Shown in pieces: positions 27,109-41,153 of a stretch of 64,000 nucleotides of DNA. Origin of the DNA: the human T2T-CHM13v2.0 reference genome, Homo sapiens. The translations under genes were made by a program, and so were the position numbers. Location: NCBI RefSeq assembly GCF_009914755.1, contig NC_060940.1. The stretch is one strand, 5' to 3'. How positions within the stretch are numbered: position 1 is the first letter of the stretch; every line of letters starts with the position of its first letter. The notes beneath the pieces are model-generated. The model was not told the origin of the DNA, searched no databases, and was given only the letters and a program-made list of their open reading frames with translations.

Positions 27109-27765
27109 ATCCAGTTATTGTACTTCTTCCAATCAGCCTGAGGACATTAGGTCTCTTAACATTATTTACTAATACTTCATTTGCCGTCCACAAAAGTCTC
27201 TGAACTCTTCTTAGCCTTTCTTGTGCTTAATCATTCTCTCCATTCTGTTTTCTGCAGTTATTTTCTTAACCTAAGAAATTTATGTTGATCCTAATTATAG
27301 CTTAGAAGTCCATTGCTACAGGCCAATGGTTCACCAGAGGACATGCTGGAAATGTGTGGGGGCAGTTTGGGTTGTCACATAAGGGGGAGGGGACACTGTG
27401 GCATTTAGTGAGCAGGGGCTTGGATATTGCATAGTGGATAAGAGAACTGTCTCACTTCCCATTCCCACATGCCAATCCCTATACATATGTATAAAAATGA
27501 CCAGAAGCTGATTTCATTTTACTTATTAATATAGGTATTTTTTGCATGGGGCTAATGTAAATGAATTCTCCAGGAAAGCGACCGCTGTGTAAATGAAGGG
27601 AAAAGTATACTTTGTTTTGCTCAGAACTTCAGAAGTTATTCATCATTTAGAAAAATCACACATTTACAACAGTGGCAATACTGGTATATGAGTCACCAGA
27701 GTAGCTCAACTGCTTTGATCCACATTTGAGCTGCTCCACTAAGATAATTCTATGCATAGGTCCTA

Positions 27766-27803
27766 TTAGGTTGGTACAAAAGTAATTGCAGTTTTTACCA
27801 TTA
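27766..27803. mobile_element. MADE1/Hsmar1 TIR (half element)
   Basis: ta|ttaggttggtacaaaagtaattgcagtttttacca matches the Hsmar1 TIR TTAGGTTGGTGCAAAAGTAATTGCGGTTTT. Confidence 0.85.
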
Positions 27804-27932
27804 ATAATATACCTGTTAAATTTTTATTTCAAAATGTCAAATATAAAGAAAAAGTGTCAACAATATTCAATTGAATATTGTTTTCTCTTAAATTCAAACT
27901 AATTCATTACATCAGAGGCAAGCATCTAAGTA

Positions 27933-28491
27933 CAATCAGTTCTGATATAATATAATATATGCATTCCTACAAATCACTTCGCTATGCAAAATCACACGGC
28001 ATAACATTCAAAAACTTCAATATTGACACATTTAAAGAAACAAATAAAAATGGTTGCATGGTTTTACAGATGTTAAATGGTTAAGAAATATATAAGTACT
28101 ACAACGCACATGGTACTTTACCTTGAAAAAGACCAAAAGTTTGCTTGTGTACCTGTGGGCCATGGAAACGTACAGCTTGTGAGTTACTGTGGAGAGTCAC
28201 TCAGAGGCTGCACCTTTCTGTGGAAAGAAGAGTTGTCTGAATGAGAAGAAAGGGTGTAACACCAGCTGCAGATGGGTACGACTCACCACATGCAAAAAAC
28301 TGAGGTTGCTGGGAGATGTTTGAGTCGTATGCAAGTGGACTCAGCTGGCTGCAGTTTCCTCTGTTCACCTCGTGTTGCTCATGAAAGAAATCATGCATAA
28401 GCAAACGGAAATGTTTATTTGTTCCTTCCTGTATCAGTCGTGCTATAATTAATTTGCATTTCCAAAACAAGTATTATGGCAGAACCAATCG
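27933..28491 (-). mobile_element. Tigger13a-like TcMar-Tigger element
   Basis: TIR-like ends ta|caatcagttctgatataa and ttatggcagaaccaatcg; internal gcataagcaaacg and tttccaaaacaag. Confidence 0.7.
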
Positions 28492-30132
28492 TGTGTCATT
28501 ATTTCCTAGTGTGATTTTATTTTTTAATGCCCTTTATTTCTCCTTTATACTACATTTAGGGCTTTATATTAAAGTTTGGAAATTACATGTCTAGGTGGCT
28601 GAGACATTCAGTTCACAATAATGAAAGTGGCACTTCAAAATATTTCATATAAAGAGGGTGTTGGGTCTAAAAGGGTTGAGAACCTCTGATCTAACCTACT
28701 GAGTAGTTGCTGAAGAATTGCGTTTCTATGCATTTGTTACTCCTCTTTGGTATGTGCAATCCATAGATTTAATAAATGTGTCTCCCACAGAGCCATTCAA
28801 ATCACTAAAATGATTTTTTTTTCCAGGACAGGACTAAAGAAAGAATTCAGGTCTTGCCAGTAGAAATCGCCCTCTCATGCATCCATTAACCAGTCCCTAG
28901 ACATTCATTCAATCACAAAACGACCTCACCTTTCATATCTGTCCATTTTGCCCAGCAGGTTAGCAAAAGAAACCCTGCCCAGGAACTTCCTGGGGTTAAG
29001 CCACCCCACAAAGCCAGACCATGCTGCTTGCCACATTCACATAATCCTCTGGTCTAAAATTCTCACCAAATAGAAAAGCTCATGTCATTGAGCTTTTCTG
29101 GAAATGCCTGAGCCTGCTGATGTTCCTTTAGAAAATGGTTTCCTGATTGGAAACCGGTGTTCTGTGGTCTGACCAGCACAGGAAATACCAACACATGAAT
29201 AAAACACCTATTTTGATTTTGGTTTTGGTTTTTATAAATGGAGACATTTTCAAAAGAAAAGAAAAAAAATTATCGGGCTGGAGCAACAATTTCTAAATCC
29301 CATCACCTGGGTAGTGTTTAAAAATACATAGAACCAGTCCCTACTCCAGATCCACTGAGGTAGAATTTCTGGAGTTAGATCCCAGCAAGTGACATTAAAA
29401 ACAATTTTTGCAGGAGTTTCTGGTGTGCAGCAATCATGCTTGGAAGCAAACATCTCAATCATTATGTCCTTCAAGTAGATATTAATAACTAGTGAATGTT
29501 AATACACACGCCAACTACGTGCTAGGGGCTGAGGCTTCAAAACCATGGTTTTCTAACTTGTAAGAGATACACAGTCTAATACACAGTGTCAACTGCCATA
29601 CAAGAGGCAAATACTATGATAAAGCAGGTATTTCCCAACCTTTTTTCATGATTACCACAAGAAGAGCCATTTTAGATATCTTTTTCCTAATCTCTTCCTA
29701 CCATGAAATTTTATATACTGTGTATCTGTTTATGTATTACATATATCTACATTTTATACATAAAAATAATCTTTTTATTCCCCTCTCCAAATAACCAGTC
29801 GGTGCCCCTTGGGGGCAATATTACCTGCATTGAGAATGCATGTGATAAAGGTATATGGAAAGGATAACGGGGCACAGTTAGTCAACTAACTGCCTGGGAC
29901 AGTCAGGGAGGGTACATGAGGAAGTAACATTTGAACTAGGTTTTGTAGGATAAGTAAGAGTTTCCCATCTGAGAAAAGGGAGAGAAATGAGTTTAGGAGG
30001 AACGGCTCCCAAGCATGTTTGCTAACTGTTTGCAAAGCATGGTGTGCTCTGAGACCTGTACATCCACAGAAGGAGTGGGGCATTTTAAAATACAGATATT
30101 AAAATACAATTTTCATTAAAAAACTGACGCTT

Positions 30133-30477
<345 letters not shown>

Positions 30478-32042
30478 TCAAATCCTGGAATCCTTTGCAG
30501 GTGGCATGAGTACACAGGGAACGGAAATTGTAAGAACATTGAGTTAGTAAAGACAGGTACTTGGTGCCTTTAATTTCAGCCTATGTCTCAGATGGAAAGG
30601 CTCCTGAGTAATAAATAATAGAGCACACTTTGGGCATAGTTCATTCACTCTTCTTCCAGACACATTTCAAAGACCATTCAAAGCAAGTTGTGAAAGCTCT
30701 GATTAATATACAACACAGAGCTCTCCCTATATACTCTCAAGGGTAAAAATACTGCTGAAAAGTCATTTCTTTTTAAAGCTGAGCATCTAACACCACCTTG
30801 TGAATGATAATAAATGGCATGCTAAGCTGCAAGGTAGACCAGCCCTCTGTCTGAGTCTGCAAGTTTTATTTACACAAAAATGCATACCCATTCTTTGGCC
30901 AAGAGACCATGATCGTCTTCCGGTGAGATAAGATTTCCTATGGGACTCCTGGTATTTCCCAATTCAAACTTGGTCAGAAATAGCAACCCAAACTCTCATG
31001 GGTTTGTTTTCCTTTTTTTTTTTTCTTCTTCTTCTTCTTCTTCTTGATAATTCCCATTCGAGCAACATTAGGAATGTACATGTATTTGCTCTTAAAATAA
31101 TATTCCAGTTATCTTTCCTACAGTTGGAGAAGTTTAGGATTTTTTAACAGCTTCAAATCTTACTGAATATTTAGGGGAAAGATGTATAGATAAGGGACAA
31201 AAAATGTTGTAAGAGAGAAAATCCATACACCACCATCTTCATCCCACTAGGTATGGAGATAGAAACTTAATATGAAAATGGAAACTCTTGAACTAAACAC
31301 CTTCAGAAGGGTGGCACTTGGACATTCTAGAATGGAACATGGCAATACCAGTTTTAATACAAGAAAACATTCTTCCACAGGTGGTTCCTCTGAAACACAA
31401 GCAAGCTGCTTGCTTCTTGATGGTGGTGTATTTTTCCTATTCACAGAAGCCTATAATAGCATGATGAAGTAGAACTTGCTGGCAACTGGAGCATTTGTCT
31501 TACGATACTTTAAAAAACCACCAAAAACCAGCCAACTGGGTGCTCTGAGAATCAAATCAGGCACTGTATGTGAATTCAATTCACAAAGGGTTTTGGACAC
31601 TGGTCACTCTCTCTTCTAGGCCCTTCGGCACTTAAGCAAATGCCTTGTGTAGAGAGTCCTTCGCATAGTCTTTATCTGCAGTCACATCTTTTTCCCACTT
31701 TTTTACGGACTTCTTGAAGACAGAATCTGTGTCATCATCATCATATCTCCAGCAGTTACAAGAATGAGGCACCTTACGAGCATATCTTGAGAAAGTAGAT
31801 GAATGAATGAATACATGAAGAATGAACTAGAGGAAGTCAGGATATTGCCATAATACTATGGGAAGTCTTGTCAATCAATAAGGCTATCTCCCCACCATGA
31901 CAAGTAGCTAGAAGGAGAGCCATTCATACCAAATGCTAACACCAGGAGAAAGGCAACCCTCCAGCACATCCCAATCAAAATAAAGTTCCCTATCTACAAA
32001 AGGATTGTGTTGTCAACTTTCCATACTAAGAATGGTCCCCCA

Positions 32043-32255
32043 CATAGAGGGGAACAACACACACTGGGGCCTGTCAGAGGGTGGAGGTTGGGAAGAGGGA
32101 GAGAAGCAGGAAAAATAATTAATGGATATAAGGCTTATAACCCGGGTGATGAAATAATCTGTACAATCAACCCCCATGACACACATTTACCTACATAACA
32201 AAGCTGCACATCCTGCACATGTACCCGTGAGCCTAAAATAGAAGTTAAGAAAAAA
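32043..32255 (+). mobile_element. 5'-truncated older L1PA 3' end
   Basis: catagaggggaacaacacacactgggg...tgcacatgtacccg; TSD aatgg(t/c)cccca. Confidence 0.85.
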
Positions 32256-32565
32256 AATGGCCCCCATATTTCCAGCAGTTGTTCTGAATTAAGAAGTCAG
32301 ATGCCTGGTTTTCAAAATATTACATGCAACGATGCTTGATTGTGAGGATAGGTTAGATGCCAGCATCTCTGTCACCAGAAATGCAGGAACAAATGTGGAG
32401 AAAAAAATGCAAAGAACACAAAGCCATCCTCAGCTCCACAATAACCTTAGTCAATGAGTAATGCCCAGTGAGTATAAGGTGAGACCTAATTTTTTCTACT
32501 TGTAATGTACATTTTATCCATTTAGTCGTTCAATACCTATATTAGCCTTTTGGGGTATTTAGTAG

Positions 32566-32946
32566 TGTATTAGTCTGCTAATGCTGCTATAGCAGAATAC
32601 CACAGATTGGGTAGCTTAAATAACAGAAATTTATTTTCTCATAGTTCTGGAGGCTAGAAGTTCAACATCAAGGTGCTGGCAAGTTGGTTTCTGGTGAGGC
32701 CTCTCTTCTTAGCCTGTAGATGGACACCTACTCACTGCGTCCTCATATGGTGGAGGAATACAGATCTCTGGCATCTCTTCCCCTTTTTATAAGGACACCA
32801 GTCCTACTGGATTAAAGCCCCACCCATATGATCTCGTTTAACCTTTATTATTTCCTTAAAGGCCCTCTCTCCAAATCCAGTCACACTGGGGGTTTGAGCT
32901 TCAACATATGGGTTCAGGGGTGGGGAGATAAATTCAGTCTATAACA
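32566..32946 (-). mobile_element. MLT1A-like MaLR LTR
   Basis: tgtattagtctgct...aacagaaatttattttctcatagttctggaggctagaag...aattcagtctataaca. Confidence 0.85.
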
Positions 32947-35900
32947 AGCAAACAAACGAAATTCAATGCATATGTTTTTCATTCCTTCATCTGTGAATGT
33001 TTACCAAAGAACTATGGTATATCAGATGCTCACTAGGTGACAGAGACACAGCAGTGCCCAAGACAACTATAGTCCTTTTCCAGCCTCATGGAGCTTTTCA
33101 TCCACTACTAGAGAGAGGAATTAAGCATGAAATTATACAACTAATTTCAAAAGAGATCATGAGGAAGAAGAATTAATAGTATTAGACAAATGTAACAAGC
33201 ATAACTCAGAGCCTATAACTTCATGTGGAAATCGGAATGCTTGGTAATGTGCAGGGCGCCACAACAAATACAAATTAATATTATGGGTGAAAAAAAATGA
33301 AGAGAAAACCAGTACTCATGAAAGAGATACAATTGTGTCTGCCCTGTCCAATTCTAATAATTAGAATTCCATCCATTTCAGTGAGCACTGCTCAGCATTA
33401 GATGTATTTATTTCTTAATGGTCATTATGGGCCCAAAGATAATTACACAAGGATATTGCAGCATTGTTTGTAGAAGAAAGAGTAATAACCAAGTGTCCAT
33501 CAAAGGGGAATTGGGTACATGCATAGAATACCTCTATACAGTATTCAAAAGAAGAGACTAGTGCTGTATATACTAATATGAAACTATATACTAAAAAAAT
33601 TGTTGCGTTTAAAAAAATGAAGTGTAGCATGACATGCAGAGTGTGCTTCCGTGTGTGAAATTTCGGGAGAGTCGTATAGATTCAAGTAGACTTGCACATA
33701 CACAAACTATCTCTGGAAGAATATATGAAACAGGATAACAGCCAGCGGTTGTTGCCTCAAGAAGGGTAAGGGGGTGTATTAAGGTCAGGAGTAGTAAAGA
33801 GACAGACTTTTATTACAGTTGGAAATGTATCATATCTTATTAGAGAAAACATGATCTCAAACAGCATATATGAAGAAAAGTTGTATTAACCAATAATAGA
33901 AGCTCATTTTGTAATCGGCCTCCATCTCCAATGTGTTTGCTTAACAGGATCCTCTAAATGTTTAGACATAAGGTAAATGGAATTAGATGGGTAGAAGGCG
34001 AGATTTAAATACTACTGGGAGAAGTTGGAAGTTGGAGAGTTAAAAAGGTGAGGGGTGAGAGATTCCTATGACCAGCAAACAAAGACATATGTTTGGAGGA
34101 TGAAGCTTTGATTAGAAAATGTAATTTTAGATGGCAAATAGATACATTGTTGGATAAAAAGTGATTCACATAATGAGACAATTATTCCCTTTTCAAGTCT
34201 TTTCTTTTATGGCTCAGTTATGATCAAAGAAGTCTCAGTGTGGTGAAAGTATGTCTTTACGACCTCTGGACACTTCCCTGAAGTTAAAATTCAATAACAC
34301 TGTTTTGATTTCATTGTTTCTTTTCACAAATACCCTTCTTAGGGCAAGTGACTCTAGCTTCCCACTTACGTATTTTTTCTAAAATAAATGTACTTAATTT
34401 TAATTTTTTAATGAGCCATTTTTAATAAAAATTTTAAGTAATATAAGAGGTGCAGGGAGATAGCAAAAATTATAAACATGAAACATGAATGACTAAAGTT
34501 TAGGAAGCAGTGGCTTGAGAAACAAATTCTTCTCAGCCTGGAGTGTAGGGAAGCTGCACAATTGTGTGGGTGTGATTGTTGTTGATCTTTAATTTCCATC
34601 GCACCAAAGAAGCAGTGAATAAAAATGAGGGAGTTTTTTTATTTTTAGGAAGCTGCAATTTCATTCTCATTGCCAGTGATATTTAACGAGAATATCGTTA
34701 CTTTCCTAGAGTTGATTCTTTGGGTGACTAAGACTCCTTAGAACCAAGAATGCAGGCACAAACTCTGAAGGCCTAATTAAAAGTATGATTCTTGCCCCGG
34801 TGCGTAACACTAACTCTTTTGTTAGCATCCCATGAGAAGAAACACCTCAGCTCAAATCACATTTTCCTACCTTCTCCCTTGCCAGTTCTGCCACTTTTTC
34901 ATTAGCTAATCCCAATTAAAACACTTTGTTACTAACACCATAAATCTCTGCCACTCTCAATAAGCATAAATTATATGGCAAATAACTATATTATATGTCT
35001 ATCCAGAAAAATAACACCTCCCACCTCCCTCCTGTTTTTTGCCATCTTGGGACTCAGAGCTTCTAAGTCAACACTCACGCTTTTTAATTTGGGTCCCCTG
35101 CCCCCTCTAATTACTTACCTATAAAGCTACACTTTTTTAAGGAAGAAAATTATCACCAATGCCCTTCTCTAAACTTAATCATTAACTGCGCTTTTTCTTC
35201 CTGTTTGTGAACAATTTGAGGTAGTAGGAAAGGCTTGGTCATTATATTTACAGCTAACTCTGCCATTTATCAATGGAATGACCTGGAACAGCCATCCTGG
35301 CTCACACCTGGGCCTGAATCATAAACTGAGGAGACCGACCTCACGGGATTTTGTTTCAAAATTAATTAAGGCACATGTAGACTGTGTTTAGCACAGTGCC
35401 TGGCACAAAATGTGGGCTCAAGTTGTCTAAAGCGAAGTGGTGATTTTGTTTGCTTCTCCCATGGTCAGCAATTGCTTAACACAACATTTCATATATTAAA
35501 CTAACAAAAAGAAACATACCTCATCCTGTGATTGATTTTCAAGCTCATTTATTCCTCATTTCTCTGTGGTTTAATTTAATTAAATTGAGCAGCCCATCAA
35601 ATATTGATTTTAATAAAATCTTGATTAAGATTTGAGCAATTATCAAACGCTCTTTTTCATACCATTCTTGCATTTCAATAGAACCAACCTCAAAAACCAA
35701 TTTGCTTTTAAAATAAAGAAGTGATTTTATAGATATTCTTCAGGCCATTTTCAGAAATAAAGAAAAAATGGCCTCCCGTTGTTGTTATTAGCCGAGATAA
35801 GCAGCAATGTCTGACCAGCGTTTTAAAAAACTTAATCCAGTAGTTATCTCATCCTCAATGAATAGTAGAAAGGGAAACTCAAAAAAGAATTAAGTCCTTT

Positions 35901-37808
35901 AATAAACATTAATTTGGCTCCTACTGTGTACGAAGTACTATTTTACCCAATGCAAGTAGAGGTAAGGAAAAGCTAATTATGTAGTTAGTTTTAATGTATG
36001 TGGAAAAATTCAGCCACACGTGAAAGTTTTTGACTTTATTAATTAATAACCAGAGACCTACATTTATTCCAACCCTTAAAATTACTCTGTTGTGCAATTT
36101 ATGAATATAGGCTCATTATTAGGAGAATCTAATGTAAATGTGATGGTATAAATTATCAATAGTATTATATTAGCAATTAACCATAAGTGTAAGAGATTTA
36201 ATAAGTTAAATATTTGGTTTGATAGTTAAGCGCTAAAAAGAAACGGTAAAGCCAATAGCTGTCACAGCAGCACCACCTAGAGGCCTGTGAGGAGTAACAC
36301 AGGTCATTTCCCCAAACTTGCCTTCTTACTTAGAGACAAAGAGCAGTAGCTACTCCATTTCAGCACCTTGTGTCACCGAAAGCATTTTAATTCTATTCAG
36401 CATATTCTTAAATCTTGAAATATTTACAAAATACCTAAATGAAATTGAATAACCTCAAAATCACAATGTATTTTGGCAAAAGATGTCAATTTTCCCCCTG
36501 GCATAGGAGATGAAACTGGGCAACTACGGGAGCAGCCCAGGTCTTGGGACATTACAACGTGAGACACAGGCATCCTCTCTCTAACACACACCTCCTTATT
36601 CTGTCTTGATCCCAAACACATGAGTGCCCAGGCCGACTGCACATTTGATAGCACTTCAGAGTTATGTTCCTGAGCTACTGCCCAAAGTGTAGTTAGAGAT
36701 GTTGAGAAGAAATTAACTTTCCATTGTTAACATTGTTTATATCAGAAGATCCACTTACTAGTTCCCTTCCACTAGCCAAAGCTGAACTAATGTTCTGGAG
36801 ATGGAATTGAAAGAGAAATGACAAAACATTTTTCTTTTTTATTATTTCCCATCCTTTCTTCTGTTATCTTTTATAATTTTTCTCAACCTCTCAACCTGAA
36901 AACTTCCTTGGATTAAAATTTAGATAATAAAACAAATCAGCTCTTCATAGAAATGAAAACACTCCTTATATTATTTGGTTTCAGAATTTCAGCAGACTTT
37001 GCTGACCATCAGCTGACTGCAGCTTCACAGGGGAATGGCAAAAACAAAAACAAAAACAAAACATAACAAAACAAAACAGCACATTTACTGCATATACAAA
37101 TTGGGGCTAATGAGGCACAAAGTACCGCTCATCTTCATTTCCACTTGAGGGCGCTGTCTGCCTCAGTGAGGCGGGGGTGCTGAGTCAGTATTTTGCCAGT
37201 CAGTGCAGCAAATGCAGAAGTCTGCCTTAACCTGTACTTTCTGGCCTCCATATATGAAGCTGGGGTTCCTACCTGAGCACACTAGTAAAGGAAAGGCGGC
37301 AGGTCCATTCATGCGCATGCTCTGAATTTCAGGTAAGGCACTTGAGCACAGTTTACCAAAATAATACTAGGTTTTGCCTAGAGAAGTTTTTTCCCCAATC
37401 TGTATGCTAAAGTCATAGCTGAAGTCACATCAAACTGCAGTAACTTTAGTTTTTTGAAACATCAAACTTTTCTTGCACCTGCTTTTCCCTCTGTTCCACC
37501 CCTACACCTACTGACCTAACTAGTGTCCGAGCCTCCTTTGGATCTCAGCTTAGATAGCACCAGTCCAGGATTCCTTCTAGGATCACCTCATGCTGGGTTA
37601 GGATGACCTTCTATGTGCACCATTTGCAACCTAAACTTCTCCCATTGGGAAACTTTGTGTGCAGTTTTGCAACTGTTTGTTCATTAACCATATCCCCCAC
37701 AAGACTGTAGGCACCGTGCAAGCAAGGGATATTTTTATCTTATTTATGGTTGTATTCCCTTCACCCCCACGATTCTGCCTTAAATATTCCATCAATATTG
37801 TTGAAGGA

Positions 37809-38173
<365 letters not shown>

Positions 38174-40298
38174 AGTAGAAGGAATGACTGTCCCATATAA
38201 GTCTGCTTTATCTTGGGAGGGACTCTAATGTTCTATTCATAGTCTCCATTTATTTGCCTTCCAAGCATGTGCCTCAGCATCCACCATTTTGCTTCCACTC
38301 TTACCTTGTTCTTTTAAGATCCAAAGCGGTCAGAAGAAGTGATCAAGATTCAACAAGCTAAGCTGTCTCCTGATGGTCAAGGCATTCTCTTCACCATGTC
38401 CAGGCTCCTTACAGGATCCACAGACAACTCATTCCAATTTCTGAGTCAGCTGCAAGAGAAGAAGTCAACCAAATAGATTTACAAAAGGGATCGGATCATG
38501 CTGGAATGTCTGGCGTGACATTACAAGGCAGCATCCTCCCTGGGAAGGAGATGTAACTCCTTCCTTTTGCCAGTCAGGTAACAATGTCCTCTTCTCTCTT
38601 GTATGCAGTTGGCAGAACAACACAGAAGGAGGACAAGGGAGCTCAGCCTTGTTTCTTGCTCGGCCACTTATCGTGTCCATGACAGGCTATATTTTGGAAT
38701 GAGAATAGCATAGAGCCATCTAGATAACTTGGAGGATATACAACAGGCACTCCAAGACAGAAGCAGAACTATCATGGAGAAAGTTCCAGAATGGGGTGAA
38801 ATGAGATTTACCACTCTGGATCCTTATTCCATCATTTGGTTTCTTTGCCTCAGACACAACATCTGCAAAACGGAGCCAAGCTTGACAAATTCAAAGGGAC
38901 ATTATAAGGCAAGTGAGACAGAACACATGGAAGTGCTTGGAAAACTATGCCCAGGAAACAAAAAATAAGAGATTAGTGTTTATAGAAGAGCAGCAGACTG
39001 CCATACTATCCACTATCCAATACCTTTAGGTTTTAAAGATTGGAGGACATTGTTTCACTGTCTTCACCCTGACAAATGTTTACTTCAATTAGGAAATAAA
39101 ATTTAGAGAAAAATTGGCCCAGCATATGTTAAATGATGATCAGTGGATCCTGAGCATGAGAACCAGTTAGTGATCATTTAGAGTGAAATACAAGGAAAAT
39201 GGCACATACAGTTGCTCTGTTTTTTTTTCATACTTACAATTGTATAGATGAAAATATACATGCAGAACATGGTAAGTAAACATGTCTCAGTCGACTCTCT
39301 TAGAAAAGACTCGTAGCCTTTATTCATTCATAAAAGCACATTTTTAATTACTGAAAACTGGCAACACACAGCATGAGAATTTTCCCAGACAAAAGACATC
39401 AAGTCACATTTTTCAAGAAACACAACAAACCCCAAGCAGGATAAATACAAAGAAAACCACGCATAGTACAACTGCAATGTATGCACGAAAAGATAGAGCT
39501 GCAAAATATTTAAAGCAAAAAGTGATAGAACTGAAAGAAGAAACAGACACATCCTTGATGATAGGTGAAGAATTCAACATCCCTTTCTCAACAATTGATA
39601 GAAAAACCAGACAGAAAAATCACCAACGATAGAGAACTTAACAATATCATCATGCAACAGAATTTAATTGACATTTATAGAACACTCCCACCATTTTAAT
39701 TGGCACCACCCCAATGGCTAACGATGCTGAGTATCTTTTGGGGTGCTTATTTACCATCTGTATATCTTCTTCAGTGGAAAGTTTCTACCTGTCTTTTGCC
39801 CATTTTCGAACTGGATCATGTTGTTGTTGTTGCTGCTGTTTTTGTTGTTTTTACTGTTAAGTTTTGAGAGTTCCTTAATTATCCCAGATACTAGTCCTTA
39901 GTCAGACACATGATGTGCAAATATTTGCTCCCAGTCTGCAGCTTGTCTGTTATTCTCTTAAGATGGTCTCTTGAAGAGCAAAAAGTTTTAACTTTGATAA
40001 AGTCTAATTTATAAATTTTTCCTTTTATGAATTGTATTTTTGGTGCCAAGTCTAAGAACTCTCAAACTCTCACCACCACACTTTTCTTTTCTTTTTCTTT
40101 CTTTTTCAGTGTGTGTACTGTCTTTATCTGATTTGAAGACCAGGGTAATGCTAACTTTATAAAATCATGAAATGAATTGGGAAGTTATCCCCCTTCTTCT
40201 GTTTTCTGAAAGAGATTGTACAGAAACGATGTTAATTCTTCTTCATATATTTGGTGGAATTATTTAGTGAGTCCCCAGTGGAGATTTCTTTTGGGGAA

Positions 40299-41153
40299 TG
40301 TTTTAGTCCGTTGGTCACCAATACCAGCTATGACCACGTGACCAGTTGCTAAAAACGAGGACTGTAATTGTCATAAATATTTCCTTCTTATTTTGTTAAG
40401 AACATGTTTGTGCATATGTATACTTATACTAAGAAAATACCTTTCTTCATACTCATTTTACTTCTTTTTCCTTTATCATGTGATGTAAGATTTATTGACT
40501 TCATATCAGCATTTAAGTATTGTTAACTTTATGTAACAGCATTTGAGTTGGGGATTGATGCGTTTCCAGTTGTACAAAGGATAGCTGTTAGGCACATTTA
40601 TGATTATGTTAGGCATAATTATGACCTTATTTCTGTCTTTATTTGAAGATTATGTATGATTTTAGGAGATGTATATGGGTTCAAGTTGACAATGGGTGGA
40701 CTTGTAATGGTTAATATTGAGTGTCAACTTGATTGGATTGAAGGATGCAAAGTATTGTTCCTGGGTGTGTCTGTGAGGATGTTGCCAAAGGAGATTAACA
40801 TTTGAGTCGGTGGACTGGCAAAAGCAGACCCACCCTCAATCTGGGTGGGCACAATCTAATCAGCTGCCAATGTCACCAGAATAAAAGCAAGCAGAAGAAC
40901 GTCGAAAGACAAGACTGGTTTAGTCTTCTGGCCTACATCTTTCTCCCATGCTGGATGCTTCCTGCCCTCGAACTTCAGACTCTAGTTCTTCAGCTTTGGG
41001 ACTCCAACTGGCTGCCTTACTCCTCAGCTTGCAGACGGCCTATTGTGGGACCTCAACTTGGGATGATGTGACTCAATACTCCTTAATTAACTCCCCTTTA
41101 TATATACATCTAACCTATTAGTTCTGTCCCTCTAGAGAACCCTGACTAATACA
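40299..41153 (+). mobile_element. ERV-L remnant: 3' internal segment and PPT (40299-40702) plus MLT2A/B LTR (40703-41153)
   Basis: aagttgacaatgggtggact|tgtaatggttaatattgagtgtcaacttgattgg...gagaaccctgactaataca; flanked by GGGAA on both sides. Confidence 0.85.

Larger units (their letters stand above)
27322..28688. mobile_element. MER20B-like hAT-Charlie element hosting nested insertions
   Basis: ggaaatgtgtgggggcagtttgggttgtcaca...ggcatttagtgagcagggg start; aagggttgagaacctctg end. Confidence 0.6.
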
